A stretch of 64,000 bases of DNA, from IMG/VR virus record IMGVR_UViG_3300021399_000101, positions 129,630 through 193,629 of that record; one strand, 5' to 3'. The notes beneath the pieces are model-generated. The model was not told where the DNA came from and did no database searches. It worked only from the letters and a program-made list of their open reading frames with translations. Positions 13,219 to 23,104 of the stretch are shown one piece after another. How positions within the stretch are numbered: position 1 is the stretch's first letter; the number at the start of each line of letters is the position of its first letter. Source of the stretch: a virus (lineage: Duplodnaviria > Heunggongvirae > Uroviricota > Caudoviricetes). A program made the position numbers and the translations under genes.

Positions 13219-13686
13219 ATGATTCATAAATATTTTTTAAGGTCTATAAACGAACCTGAGCTTGTTGAATGCCCTACTTGTAATGGTAGCGGAACAATTA
13301 AAGGAACTTTAACTTCTGATGCACTTGATGCACCTATCGAAAACACAACACTTTCTTGCCCAAAATGTAATGGTGCTGGAAAAGTTTCAACCGGAAAAAT
13401 GCTTCACTATGCAGTTGGCTCTGTTTATATTTATGGCGAAGCAAATGTTACTGATGGAGATGAAACAAGAGAATACCTGCTCGGTTTTGTTTGCGATGAT
13501 GAAGATATGATTGCAAAGTATAAGGAGCAGAATGGAATTTCTTCATTCGTAATGTTCCCAGGTGCTCTTAGGTTCTATGGAAAGTCAGAAACTCTTTACG
13601 AGACTTTTGAAGAAGCCGAAGCTGCTATGAAAGAAGCAGAAGAGAATTGGACACCAGAATTAAAAGTTGTTGAACCAGAAAGTTAA
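13219..13686 (+). CDS. DnaJ-type zinc-finger protein
   Basis: CPTCNGSG and CPKCNGAG repeats; AGGAG RBS. Confidence 0.7.
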   Translation: MIHKYFLRSINEPELVECPTCNGSGTIKGTLTSDALDAPIENTTLSCPKCNGAGKVSTGKMLHYAVGSVYIYGEANVTDGDETREYLLGFVCDDEDMIAKYKEQNGISSFVMFPGALRFYGKSETLYETFEEAEAAMKEAEENWTPELKVVEPES

Positions 13687-13724
13687 TCCTGTGTAAAAAC
13701 GCTTTACATAGGAGAATTTATTGA

Positions 13725-13928
13725 ATGAAAATTTTATTTGACACTATTGAAGAGAAAGAGGAGTTCATAGAGGACACAGCTGGATACAACGAAGAAGACG
13801 AATGTGATATTTATATCTGTCCTTCATGCCACACAAAATATGAAGATTTTGAATCTTGCGTAAATTGCTGTGCCTGCACCAAAGAAGAAGTTTATGACTA
13901 TGACTTCTCTGATGACGACGATTTTTAA
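13725..13928 (+). CDS. acidic Cys-rich hypothetical protein
   Basis: AGGAG RBS; CPSC..CVNCC. Confidence 0.65.
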   Translation: MKILFDTIEEKEEFIEDTAGYNEEDECDIYICPSCHTKYEDFESCVNCCACTKEEVYDYDFSDDDDF

Positions 13929-14037
13929 TTTGACTAAATTTTAAAAAAATGTTATAATAATAGAGTAAGGAGAAAAAGAGTTGTTAACTTGGTTTTCTTC
14001 TACATTTCTTAATTTATTAAGAAGGCTACGTTATTAA

Positions 14038-14550
14038 ATGAGTGATTATCCTAAAAAGATTCACGAATGTTTTAAAAGAACTTTAATTTTTACTTCCGGA
14101 AACAAGATAAAGCCCGTTGCGTTTTGTTTCGTAAATGGTTTTTTCCAAGATTCACCGTGTTCCGGAACAGTTCCAGCAAATGAAGACGACCAGAGGGAAA
14201 ATAGAGAATTGTATCGTTATTTCCCAAACGAGTCCCGTTGCTCAAGCTGTCCCTTCTTAAAATGCGGAGAATATGTTTCAGATGCTCTGAGGTCGCTTAA
14301 ATCTTTTGGAGTATTCTGTGCACAGGACGACACAGATATCGGAGAAAGCCGAAAGAGATATTTTTGGAATACCTGTATTGATAATTTCTTTAGTCAGCTT
14401 TTGGACAAAGTAAAAAACAGATGTTATCTGACTTTTACAGAAGAAGATAGAAGGTATGTATCAAATGCACTTCATAACATGAGCTTTGAAGAGCTGGTCA
14501 ATCTGATTGATAAAATGGAAAATTTCTGCAAGGAAAACAGCATAAAGTAA
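14038..14550 (+). CDS. hypothetical protein
   Basis: 170 aa ORF behind promoter TTGACT-17-TATAAT (13930-13958). Confidence 0.7.
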   Translation: MSDYPKKIHECFKRTLIFTSGNKIKPVAFCFVNGFFQDSPCSGTVPANEDDQRENRELYRYFPNESRCSSCPFLKCGEYVSDALRSLKSFGVFCAQDDTDIGESRKRYFWNTCIDNFFSQLLDKVKNRCYLTFTEEDRRYVSNALHNMSFEELVNLIDKMENFCKENSIK

Positions 14551-14564
14551 GAAGGGTAAAAATT

Positions 14565-14852
14565 ATGGCAAAAGTTAGAACAATAGATGCATTTATGGAC
14601 GGAAAGTGTTTCGCAAAAGTAAAGACCGGAAATGGGATTAAGGACCTTATGAATCAGGTTCTTTATGAAGACCCGGAAGCATCTGACAAGATTGCTGAGG
14701 AGTACAGAAGGGATTTTAATAGAAATCAGCTATCTTCTGCTTATTATTTAACATATTATAAGAAACAGCATGCTCTTAAGGCTATGTGTAGCGAGTTCTT
14801 TGAGAAGATTTATAATTCCGGCGCTCGTTCCCCTTATGTGTTTGAAGTTTGA
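14565..14852 (+). CDS. hypothetical protein
   Basis: 95 aa ORF in operon context. Confidence 0.7.
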   Translation: MAKVRTIDAFMDGKCFAKVKTGNGIKDLMNQVLYEDPEASDKIAEEYRRDFNRNQLSSAYYLTYYKKQHALKAMCSEFFEKIYNSGARSPYVFEV

Positions 14853-14871
14853 TTATCGTTAAGATAATTAT

Positions 14872-15138
14872 ATGGCAAACAAGAATAGTTATTACGGAGC
14901 AAACAACTCAAATTGGAAGGGTTCTGATAAAAATATTTCTGAGAGAGCTCTTCATTATAGGATAACCGCTAAGCGGGGGAAAGCCTCAGACCATATGTGC
15001 GCTCGTTGTCACAAACAGAGGGCCGCTGAATGGGCCCATCAAAAAGACGGCAGCTATAAACCGTTTTGCAGGCATTGTCACCATGTATATGATGCCATGA
15101 TTAAAAACATTCAAAACAATGATTCAAGATTCAAGTAA
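14872..15138 (+). CDS. small HNH-like zinc-binding protein
   Basis: NSNWKG..ALH......RG.A....CARC.....EWAH......CRHCH..YD pattern. Confidence 0.55.
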   Translation: MANKNSYYGANNSNWKGSDKNISERALHYRITAKRGKASDHMCARCHKQRAAEWAHQKDGSYKPFCRHCHHVYDAMIKNIQNNDSRFK

Positions 15139-15307
15139 GAATCACCACTATACTTTCTTGTATAGTCATAGTTAAAGCCAAGTATTACTTGGCTTTAATT
15201 TTTTAGAGCTGAAAATTTTCAGCTCTTATTTTTTGTTTTTCAAAAAATCTAAAAAATGTTATAATTTAGGTGTAAAGAAAAAAAACTGTTTGAAAGAAGG
15301 TTTTAAA

Positions 15308-17128
15308 ATGATTATTACAGAAGCTTATAAAAACAACATTAAGGAAATCGAGAAGTTCTTGTATACTTTTAACTATCCAAAAGAGTGTGAGGATAGAATC
15401 AGGAAATATATTGAGAATCCTCTTGATGTTCTTAATGATGACATTAAAGCTCTTTTTGAGAAGTATGATAGCGATGTAGTGGACTACAGAATTCAGCTTC
15501 CTTCCTCAATGATTAGAGAAAGAAAGGCAACTCAGAAAGAGATTTTTATTATCATGTCTCTTATTGTTGACTGCCTTGAAGAGGACGACCAGTTTAAGTA
15601 TACAATTGGTGCTAATGGAGAGATTATTCCGGATTTTCAGATTACAGCTTCGACTATTTCCAATAACTTTTTCAAAATCAAAAATGACAAGAGAAAGGTT
15701 TGGAGATATCTTGATTCCAAGGCTACAAACATTGCCAAGAGAATATATGAAGCTTGGTATAATAAAAAGATTTTTAAGTGGGACTCTGATACTGAAAGTG
15801 GTCATGAATATATTGACCTTAGAAGCAATGTAATGAAGCTTAGTCCTATTTTCAATGTGTTTGAAAATTATGTCAAGTCTCTTGGTTCAAGGTCTACTTC
15901 TCTTAAGACAAAGATTTTAAAGTTCACAGGGAGAGACCAGCTTATTGATGTAACTGGAAAAAGCCACTCTGAAATCATCAATATTATTGCTAATGACATT
16001 CTGAGACCCATGTTTAATATTATACAGGAAATCATAAGTGCAAAGATGCTTGACCTTGAAAAGTACAAGCTCTTTCTCTCATTTAATGCATTTGACTGGC
16101 TTCTCGCTTCAACTGGAGAAACTTGGCATTCATGTATTGATATGAACAGTGGTTATGGTTATGGAGCCGGCCTTCTTGGAATGTGCGGTTGCCCGGACTG
16201 GGGAATGTTGCTTTATACAGATGGAACAGAGAAAGAAACTTGTGGACTCAAGAGTTATCATATCGTAACTCGTTCTTGGGTTTGTTACACAAATCAGAAC
16301 GATTTCCAGGTTGTTAACTGGTATCCGAAGGACATGAGGAGCACAGTCGAGTTTACAAACTCAGAAGATTTTAAGTTCTGTTTTGAGCGTAATAACAATG
16401 CAAGAAAATCCAAGTCAACATGGGATCCGATTGTATTTGAAAACGGTGCCTTCGCATGGATTTATTCAGATTCTCCGCAGTTCTGCTCTACTCCGGAAAA
16501 CGATAAAGTTTATTTTAGGTTTGTAGAATCTTGCGGGCTTCCGAGAAACGTAAAGCGTAATGGAAAGATTTCTTATGATAATTTCGGAGCGGTCGATGCA
16601 GTAATTCGTTCAATCACAAGAAATTATTCAAGTATTTGGAATGCTGTTTCATCACGCCACAAAATGGTTCTTGATAATAATGACGAAAGTGAATATCACA
16701 TCTGTGATTGTTGCGGTTCAAGATTCGAAAGTGAAGACGAGCTGACTTATATTGAGAGCGAAGACATCAGCGTTTGTAACTCTTGTTTGGACAATAACTT
16801 TTTCTGGTGCGAGGATTGTGATTCATATCACAGATATGATGGTGACTCAGTTGAAGTTCATACCGGAGCTAGTGATTACGAGTACGATTTGATTTGTAAT
16901 AGCTGCCTTGACAATGGCCTCAGTGAAGGCACAATCTACTTTGATGATGTTGCCTCAAGATATTACAGAGGCTCAACAGCCATGGAAGTTAAGACTTCAG
17001 ATGGTTCCACAATGGTTGTTTCACCTTATACTCTTGAAAACATGACTTCAGAGGGCAGGGCTTTCCAGCATTCGGATGGTAATTGGTATAATTACGCAGA
17101 AGAGCCCGTAGTCGAAGGAGAAAACTAA
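15308..17128 (+). CDS. large hypothetical protein with C-terminal CxxC repeats
   Basis: CDCC/CNSC/CEDC/CNSC repeats; translationally coupled to the peptidase; the start at MIITE is preferred over 15233. Confidence 0.75.
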   Translation: MIITEAYKNNIKEIEKFLYTFNYPKECEDRIRKYIENPLDVLNDDIKALFEKYDSDVVDYRIQLPSSMIRERKATQKEIFIIMSLIVDCLEEDDQFKYTIGANGEIIPDFQITASTISNNFFKIKNDKRKVWRYLDSKATNIAKRIYEAWYNKKIFKWDSDTESGHEYIDLRSNVMKLSPIFNVFENYVKSLGSRSTSLKTKILKFTGRDQLIDVTGKSHSEIINIIANDILRPMFNIIQEIISAKMLDLEKYKLFLSFNAFDWLLASTGETWHSCIDMNSGYGYGAGLLGMCGCPDWGMLLYTDGTEKETCGLKSYHIVTRSWVCYTNQNDFQVVNWYPKDMRSTVEFTNSEDFKFCFERNNNARKSKSTWDPIVFENGAFAWIYSDSPQFCSTPENDKVYFRFVESCGLPRNVKRNGKISYDNFGAVDAVIRSITRNYSSIWNAVSSRHKMVLDNNDESEYHICDCCGSRFESEDELTYIESEDISVCNSCLDNNFFWCEDCDSYHRYDGDSVEVHTGASDYEYDLICNSCLDNGLSEGTIYFDDVASRYYRGSTAMEVKTSDGSTMVVSPYTLENMTSEGRAFQHSDGNWYNYAEEPVVEGEN

Positions 17129-18243
17129 TGATTAACATTTATGAACTCCTTCGCCGTGACCAAGATGGCACTTCTGAATATGTCAAGTCAACTCTTGATG
17201 AAATGAAGATTCCTTATGAAGTCGACGACTATGGAAATATTTACTATCTTGATTACGAGAGTTCACCTATTCTTTCGGCGCACATGGATACCGTTAGAAA
17301 AGAAAAGGATTTTGTTATTGGAGCTTTCTTAAACGAAAACGAAGATGACAAAATCCTTTCCGGGGGGATTCTTGGTGGAGATGATAAATGTGGGGTCTTT
17401 ATAATTCTTAAAGTTCTTGAAACCGGCAGAAAAATAAACTTTATCTTTTCAAGAGATGAAGAAATTGGTTGTCTTGGAATTAAGGCCCTTGTTAAACCGA
17501 ATTTTGTAGAGAACAAAGAAATCACAGACAAAATAAGAAAAAGTCTTTGGTGCCTTGTTCTTGATAGACGTGGAAATTCAGATATCATTTGTGAGCAGAA
17601 TGATTATGGAACAGAAGAGTTTGAAAAAGCTCTCGAAAAAATAAGCAATGAAGGCTCTTTTGGCTATAAAGGTGCAAGAGGACTTTGCTCAGATGCAAAC
17701 CATATTTGTAATTATATAAGTTCGGCAAACATAAGCGTTGGATATTATAATCCGCACTCTGACAAAGAATATATTTTAAAGTCAGACTTGGAAAAAGCAT
17801 ATAATTATACATTGGCTGTTATTGACGGTCTGAAAGAACAGTTTAAAGCCCCGGAGATAAAGCCATACTATAATGGTGGATATTATAATCGTTATGGTTA
17901 TTATGATTATGATGATTATGGTTACGGCTATGGTTACGGAGCTAACTACAACAAGAACTCTAGTGACAAAGGTTCAAAGTCTCAGCCTAAATATGATTAT
18001 CCAGGTTATGACGATGATTTCGATGGTTGGGATTATGATTATAGAGATATGACATGGGAAGAGTGGAAAAATTTTGACACGAGGGGCAAGGTTTGCAGGT
18101 GCGAATTTTGCCAAGTAAGTGCGGTAATTGAACCACTCTACGAACTTATATTGCCGAATGGTGTGGAAAAGCAGGTCTGTGAAGATTGTATTCTGGAATT
18201 AGAGACCGAAATTCAAAGAGTTAAAGCACTTATAAATAAATAA
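17128..18243 (+). CDS. M28/M20-like zinc peptidase with Tyr/Gly/Asp-rich tail
   Basis: SAHMDTV, GGDDKCG, DEEIG, LDRRG, N.SVGY..PH motifs. Confidence 0.8.
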   Translation: MINIYELLRRDQDGTSEYVKSTLDEMKIPYEVDDYGNIYYLDYESSPILSAHMDTVRKEKDFVIGAFLNENEDDKILSGGILGGDDKCGVFIILKVLETGRKINFIFSRDEEIGCLGIKALVKPNFVENKEITDKIRKSLWCLVLDRRGNSDIICEQNDYGTEEFEKALEKISNEGSFGYKGARGLCSDANHICNYISSANISVGYYNPHSDKEYILKSDLEKAYNYTLAVIDGLKEQFKAPEIKPYYNGGYYNRYGYYDYDDYGYGYGYGANYNKNSSDKGSKSQPKYDYPGYDDDFDGWDYDYRDMTWEEWKNFDTRGKVCRCEFCQVSAVIEPLYELILPNGVEKQVCEDCILELETEIQRVKALINK

Positions 18244-18272
18244 GGGCTGAAACATATATTCCTTCTTTCAAT

Positions 18273-18307
18273 AAAAAACCTCCCAAATTTGGGAGGTTTT
18301 ATTTTTT
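18273..18307. terminator. bidirectional terminator between convergent genes
   Basis: AAAAAACCTCCC-AAATTT-GGGAGGTTTT. Confidence 0.8.
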
Positions 18308-18317
18308 TGTTTTTGGT

Positions 18318-20489
18318 TTAAACTACGTTTTCTGTAACCTCAACACCAGCATCTGTGATACTGAGATATACATAAATCTTTTCGATTAAGCCGAAAGGAG
18401 CAAAGCTGAGATATACATTCAAGTCGTTTCTATTTGCTCCAGTGCCGGAAACAACGTTAATGTCGTAATTTTCAATGCATTCGCTGCTTCTGAGACCTGC
18501 CATGACATCATCAACAATTGTTCTTGCTCTAGATCTAGCAGTTTCGTTGTTAGGCTCAAAGAGTAATGCGACAAGTCTACTTCTAAGCTTTCTCTTAATC
18601 ATATTGGTCATTCTTCTGACTCCAACTCTGTTAAGAGGTGAGGTTGTTCTATCAGTTGTCTTCTGTGCCATGACTGTCACGCCGCGTGTGTTGCTGTAAG
18701 AAATTGGGTTAACAACATTATCGTTTCCAACAAGTAAGTCTCTATCCTTCTGGTCTGGCGAGTAGCTGTAATCAGAGCAGATTATGCCTCCACGGGCAAT
18801 TCCAGCAGGAGCATAGAACTCATTCATACTCTGGTCGAGAGCAACCATCTTAGGAGCAATGAAACAAGAAGCAGGGCAGAAAATACTGTTATCTGTGTCA
18901 TACGGATTGGTCTGTGCAAACCAACCATAATAGATTGCACAATAAGAGCTCTGGAAACCACTGTTTCCGTTTGCCCACTCAACTACATCCTCAATGCTCT
19001 GCTTGCTTTCGCATAATCCGCGAGGAACGTCAGCAAGGTAAATTGCATCTCCTCTTTCAGCACACACCCCAATAGCTGCATTCTGTACCATGGTATTCTG
19101 CATACCAGGTGTAGCAAGAATTGAGAAGCTATACTCATCGGTATTTACAAACTCATCGCTACCAAGGCCTCTGAGATAAAGTTCTACTGCCTGAGTTTCG
19201 CTGTACTGCTTGTTTCCACTGATATCAACTGTTGGATAGCCATCTGTTCCTTCCTCGATAAGGTACGAAGGGGTTATGGTCTCCCACTGCTGTGTCCAAT
19301 AATCTCCATTAGAAAGAACCTCGCCCTTTCCAAGGTCCCAAGAACCATCATGCCATGTCCAAACCTTCTTGTTATTACTATCAAGAACGGGAGAAACTTC
19401 GTCTGTAATCTCGATGTACTCAAACTTTGTCATTTCCTCAAGGAAGTTATCAGATGTGATTCCAGTCCTTGATTCAAGAACGCCATTTCCATCATAAACT
19501 GTTACAGTCCAAGTGCTCTTGGTTGAGTCTATAGATGATGGAACCGTTGACTTGGTGACTCTCACTCCATTCATTGAGCTTCCAGGATATTTAGCACAAA
19601 GTTCAAAGTGAACATAATCAGCAATATCTGTAAACTCTACAAGGCTTGAATTAATGCTAAGAGCCTCTCCGCCAAAATTACCCTCAGTAACAGTAGTAGG
19701 ATATTCAGTTACTTTGTATGGGGTTGCATCTGTTGTATCAAATCTAACAAATGCGGTACTTCCGTCTCCAGGGATGTAACCAATGTGTACATTAAAAACA
19801 ATAGGCTGCTCAACATAACTAGTATCGTTTTTAGCTATTGCTAAAATACCGATTTCTCCGCTATCTTCGTCGCTTACCTGTTTAAACGCAAATGTGCTAC
19901 CGAACTTACTTCTCTGAAGGTTGTTGATAACTTCAGCAATTGATACATAAAGTATATCTGTTCTGTCTCCAGCAGGGCCAAAACTAGAAGCATATAACAT
20001 AGGTGTATCAACTGATGCGTCCTTTGTTTCTCCATCAATATAGACTCTGAAGAGCGGAGTATAGTGCTGCATCAAATCCGTTACATTTATAGCTCCGCCA
20101 GCTGAATTAGCTACTACAGCCATAAAATATCCTGGCTGATGAGTTTCGGAAGCTATATTGTCTTTAGCGGCAACTCTTGCTCCCTTAATAGAGAAATCAA
20201 CAACAGGGCACTTTGCTTCTTTTGCCGTCGAATCTGCCAGTCTCATAAAATAAAAGTCTGTGTTGTTTGCCAATACAGCCTGTCCTAAAATATGAGGCCA
20301 AGCGAATGTAGCGACAGGGTTTCCGAAAACCTCTTTGAACTCTGAAACGCTGCTTACCTTTGTTAATTTATTAACTGGTCCTCTTGTTGAGAAGCCAAGA
20401 GATGCTACTCCATTCTCGGCAGCTGCAACTGTGGTAGGAGGTGTTACGCTTGATTCAAATAATTGTATTCCAGGTGATAATAAAGCCAT
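18318..20489 (-). CDS. contractile tail sheath protein
   Basis: MALLSPGIQ N-terminus, RGPVNK, C-terminal LNRVGVRR..ALLFEPN; T4 gp18-like. Confidence 0.92.
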   Translation of the reverse strand: MALLSPGIQLFESSVTPPTTVAAAENGVASLGFSTRGPVNKLTKVSSVSEFKEVFGNPVATFAWPHILGQAVLANNTDFYFMRLADSTAKEAKCPVVDFSIKGARVAAKDNIASETHQPGYFMAVVANSAGGAINVTDLMQHYTPLFRVYIDGETKDASVDTPMLYASSFGPAGDRTDILYVSIAEVINNLQRSKFGSTFAFKQVSDEDSGEIGILAIAKNDTSYVEQPIVFNVHIGYIPGDGSTAFVRFDTTDATPYKVTEYPTTVTEGNFGGEALSINSSLVEFTDIADYVHFELCAKYPGSSMNGVRVTKSTVPSSIDSTKSTWTVTVYDGNGVLESRTGITSDNFLEEMTKFEYIEITDEVSPVLDSNNKKVWTWHDGSWDLGKGEVLSNGDYWTQQWETITPSYLIEEGTDGYPTVDISGNKQYSETQAVELYLRGLGSDEFVNTDEYSFSILATPGMQNTMVQNAAIGVCAERGDAIYLADVPRGLCESKQSIEDVVEWANGNSGFQSSYCAIYYGWFAQTNPYDTDNSIFCPASCFIAPKMVALDQSMNEFYAPAGIARGGIICSDYSYSPDQKDRDLLVGNDNVVNPISYSNTRGVTVMAQKTTDRTTSPLNRVGVRRMTNMIKRKLRSRLVALLFEPNNETARSRARTIVDDVMAGLRSSECIENYDINVVSGTGANRNDLNVYLSFAPFGLIEKIYVYLSITDAGVEVTENVV

Positions 20490-20689
20490 TATTTCTCCTT
20501 GCATTCTCTTATGCTAATCTTGTTGTTTCTCTCAAGAATTCTTAATTCTTTCGTGATTTGATTAACTATTATACTTCCTCTTGCCGGAATAATTCCTATC
20601 CCCGACAATTGAAGCGGTGAAAATGTCTTATTAGTAATTTTATATTTCATTCGCTTCTCCGTTTACTTATTCAAGTTTTATATATTCGC

Positions 20690-21502
20690 TTAAAGCGAAA
20701 TATTCTCATTTTTTATGTAATAGTTTTTGCCTTTAACTATTTTAGTATCTTTCGTTAATTTAAAAACCTCACCATCTTTTTCAAAGTATTTATCTAAATC
20801 TTCTTCAACAGGTTCTTTGACTTCTAAATATAACTCAGGAATAACCAACGTGTCTCCGCTGAGATATGCATAAATGGATTTAATAACATCAACATTTGTT
20901 TCAATCTCAACAGGCGCTATCATTGCCAACGGCACTGTAATAGTAAAAGAAGAACTTATAAACTTTTTCCCCTCATAATCCGTTGGTGTCCCAGTCTCTA
21001 CATTATCTAAGTAGAACTGAGTTGGTTTGTTATTTACCCTACAGCTAAAAGGTCTAAACTTATTACAATTTAATTCCAACAAAGTAAGGATATAGTCGCA
21101 ATCACTCATCTTTGTTGTAAATATATTACACGTATACGTCAACGACTTCATCAAAGGCCTAGTGAAACTTTTTTTTATGAAGCCACCATGACCATCTTCA
21201 TAAAAGAAATTATTAATCAAGAACGGTGAACCAGCAACATCATTGATGGTTTCTTCTCCGCTTAAATAATAAGTTATTATAGGTCTTTGTGTCAAACCAT
21301 TAATCATTGGCATGACATACTTTGTAAAAGCTGATGACGGAGTAGCATATATGACTTTTACGTTTTTTCCGTATACGCTATCTTCTTCGTTTGCTGGTAT
21401 ATTAGGGAGGCCCGCCACAGACTCAAAAAACTTCTTAAGTGCCATGTGATAGCCCATCCATCTAACAGACTCGGCATCATAATCTATCATCAAGTTTTTC
21501 AT
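20690..21502 (-). CDS. virion protein, possibly tail completion (T4 gp15-like)
   Basis: 270 aa, adjacent to the sheath gene, AAGATAAT motif upstream. Confidence 0.45.
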   Translation of the reverse strand: MKNLMIDYDAESVRWMGYHMALKKFFESVAGLPNIPANEEDSVYGKNVKVIYATPSSAFTKYVMPMINGLTQRPIITYYLSGEETINDVAGSPFLINNFFYEDGHGGFIKKSFTRPLMKSLTYTCNIFTTKMSDCDYILTLLELNCNKFRPFSCRVNNKPTQFYLDNVETGTPTDYEGKKFISSSFTITVPLAMIAPVEIETNVDVIKSIYAYLSGDTLVIPELYLEVKEPVEEDLDKYFEKDGEVFKLTKDTKIVKGKNYYIKNENISL

Positions 21503-21546
21503 TATATTCTCTTATATTATCTTAACATCAGAGGAAGGCCTGTTTT

Positions 21547-21921
21547 TTAGAGTATCCTTTTAAGGTCTCCCAACTTATCAATTAAACCGTCAAGCTTTTC
21601 CAAAGCACGGTTTATTTTTTTATCATTCAAAGGCGCAAATTCCTTTTTGATTTTCTTCATGGCTTTAATATATGTAGAAAAGTGTTCTTTCATCTCGCTG
21701 GCAGTAATCTGCTCACGATAAAATTTCTTTTCTAAAACAAGCATTTCAACTCTCATTTCCTTAAGAATATCAACAAGCTTGTCATATTTCTCTGCCTCAT
21801 CAAGCTTAGACAATGAATTATAAATGGTTAAAATAATTTTTCCCAATTGATTCGACAATCTATTGAGTTTGATTTCTTCCATCAAAATATTTTCATATAT
21901 ATATTCATTAATAGTAGCCAT
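21547..21921 (-). CDS. hypothetical late protein
   Basis: AAGATAAT upstream; N-terminus MATINEYIYENILMEE. Confidence 0.7.
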   Translation of the reverse strand: MATINEYIYENILMEEIKLNRLSNQLGKIILTIYNSLSKLDEAEKYDKLVDILKEMRVEMLVLEKKFYREQITASEMKEHFSTYIKAMKKIKKEFAPLNDKKINRALEKLDGLIDKLGDLKRIL

Positions 21922-22087
21922 AATATTTCTATAATTATCTTATCAACAGGGGAAACTACGCATGGGGTCCCCTGGCGGAAAGCGGTACCCTATCCGCTTT
22001 TCACTCTAAAACTCTATTTTTATATAAGAAACGACTTATATAATTATATGGAAAAATAAAGGAGAAAGCCTTACGGCTAAAAGAATT

Positions 22088-22372
22088 ATGAAATATAAAA
22101 GTAAATTTGATTCAGTTGAAGCATTGGTCTACGATGGTTATAATTTTAAAGAAGTGAATGATTTCTGCGAAGGAAAGTTATCTTGGAAGACAGACAAAAT
22201 GGAATGGTCTGAGACGTGCCCGCCGGACGATTTAATCATTCAGTTTAATGATGAAGAAATTAATGATGTGCTAGTTCCTGGAAGCTTTGTAGTAAAGTTT
22301 AATAACGGACATTTTGGTATTATCGACGGATATGACTTTATAAGACTTTTTGAAGAGGTAGAAAATGGATAA
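22088..22372 (+). CDS. conserved phage hypothetical protein
   Basis: MKYKSK..VEA....G.N ... PG.FVVK...G.F......F..LFE pattern common in tailed phages. Confidence 0.7.
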   Translation: MKYKSKFDSVEALVYDGYNFKEVNDFCEGKLSWKTDKMEWSETCPPDDLIIQFNDEEINDVLVPGSFVVKFNNGHFGIIDGYDFIRLFEEVENG

Positions 22373-22550
22373 TGAAAAATATAGAGTTATAAAGGACAAA
22401 ACAGTTTGGGGCCTTCAATATGCGGTAAATGAACTCGTTACTGAAGGCTGGGAGCCTCAGGGTTCTCTTTTGGTGCAAGATGGTGAATATATTCAAGCCA
22501 TGATAAAAAAAGAAGAGGAGCAGGTTTTAACCGAAGAAGCCGCCCAATGA
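22365..22550 (+). CDS. DUF1737-like small protein
   Basis: L...VNEL..EGWEPQGS......YIQAM pattern. Confidence 0.6.
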   Translation: MDNEKYRVIKDKTVWGLQYAVNELVTEGWEPQGSLLVQDGEYIQAMIKKEEEQVLTEEAAQ

Positions 22551-22579
22551 TAAAAAGGTCACTCAAATGAGCGACCTTT

Positions 22580-23104
22580 TTATTTTCCTTCATACTGTAT
22601 GATTGTTTCTAAATCATAATCTTTAAGCAGTTCTCGTCCCTTTAATCCTTTTAACTCTAACAAGGCGATTATTTTAACTACTTTACCTCCGCAGCGTTCA
22701 ATCAAATCAGCTGCAGCCTTCAACGTTCCACCAGTAGCAATCAAATCATCTATTAAGACAACCTTCTCATTCCGGTGGACGCTATCTTTATGAATTTCAA
22801 TCGTGGCTTGCCCATATTCCAAATCATAAGTCTCTGAAACAGTTTCTCTTGGGAGTTTGCCTTTTTTGCGAATTGGAATAAACGGCTTGTGCAACAAGTA
22901 TGCTAGTGGCATTCCAAGCATAAAGCCTCTTGATTCTGCACCTGCTATTGCATCAAAATCAAGATACCCAATCACTCTTCTAAACTCATCTATAGCAAGT
23001 TGAATTCCATCAGCGTTATCCAATATTCCGGTGATATCTCTAAACATAATGCCCGGCTTCGGAAAGTCGGGTATTGTAATCACATAATCTTTCAGTTCTT
23101 TCAT
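22580..23104 (-). CDS. apt: adenine phosphoribosyltransferase
   Basis: IPDFPKPGIMFRDIT, ESRGF, RKKGKLP, PRPP-binding VLIDDLIATGGT. Confidence 0.95.
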   Translation of the reverse strand: MKELKDYVITIPDFPKPGIMFRDITGILDNADGIQLAIDEFRRVIGYLDFDAIAGAESRGFMLGMPLAYLLHKPFIPIRKKGKLPRETVSETYDLEYGQATIEIHKDSVHRNEKVVLIDDLIATGGTLKAAADLIERCGGKVVKIIALLELKGLKGRELLKDYDLETIIQYEGK

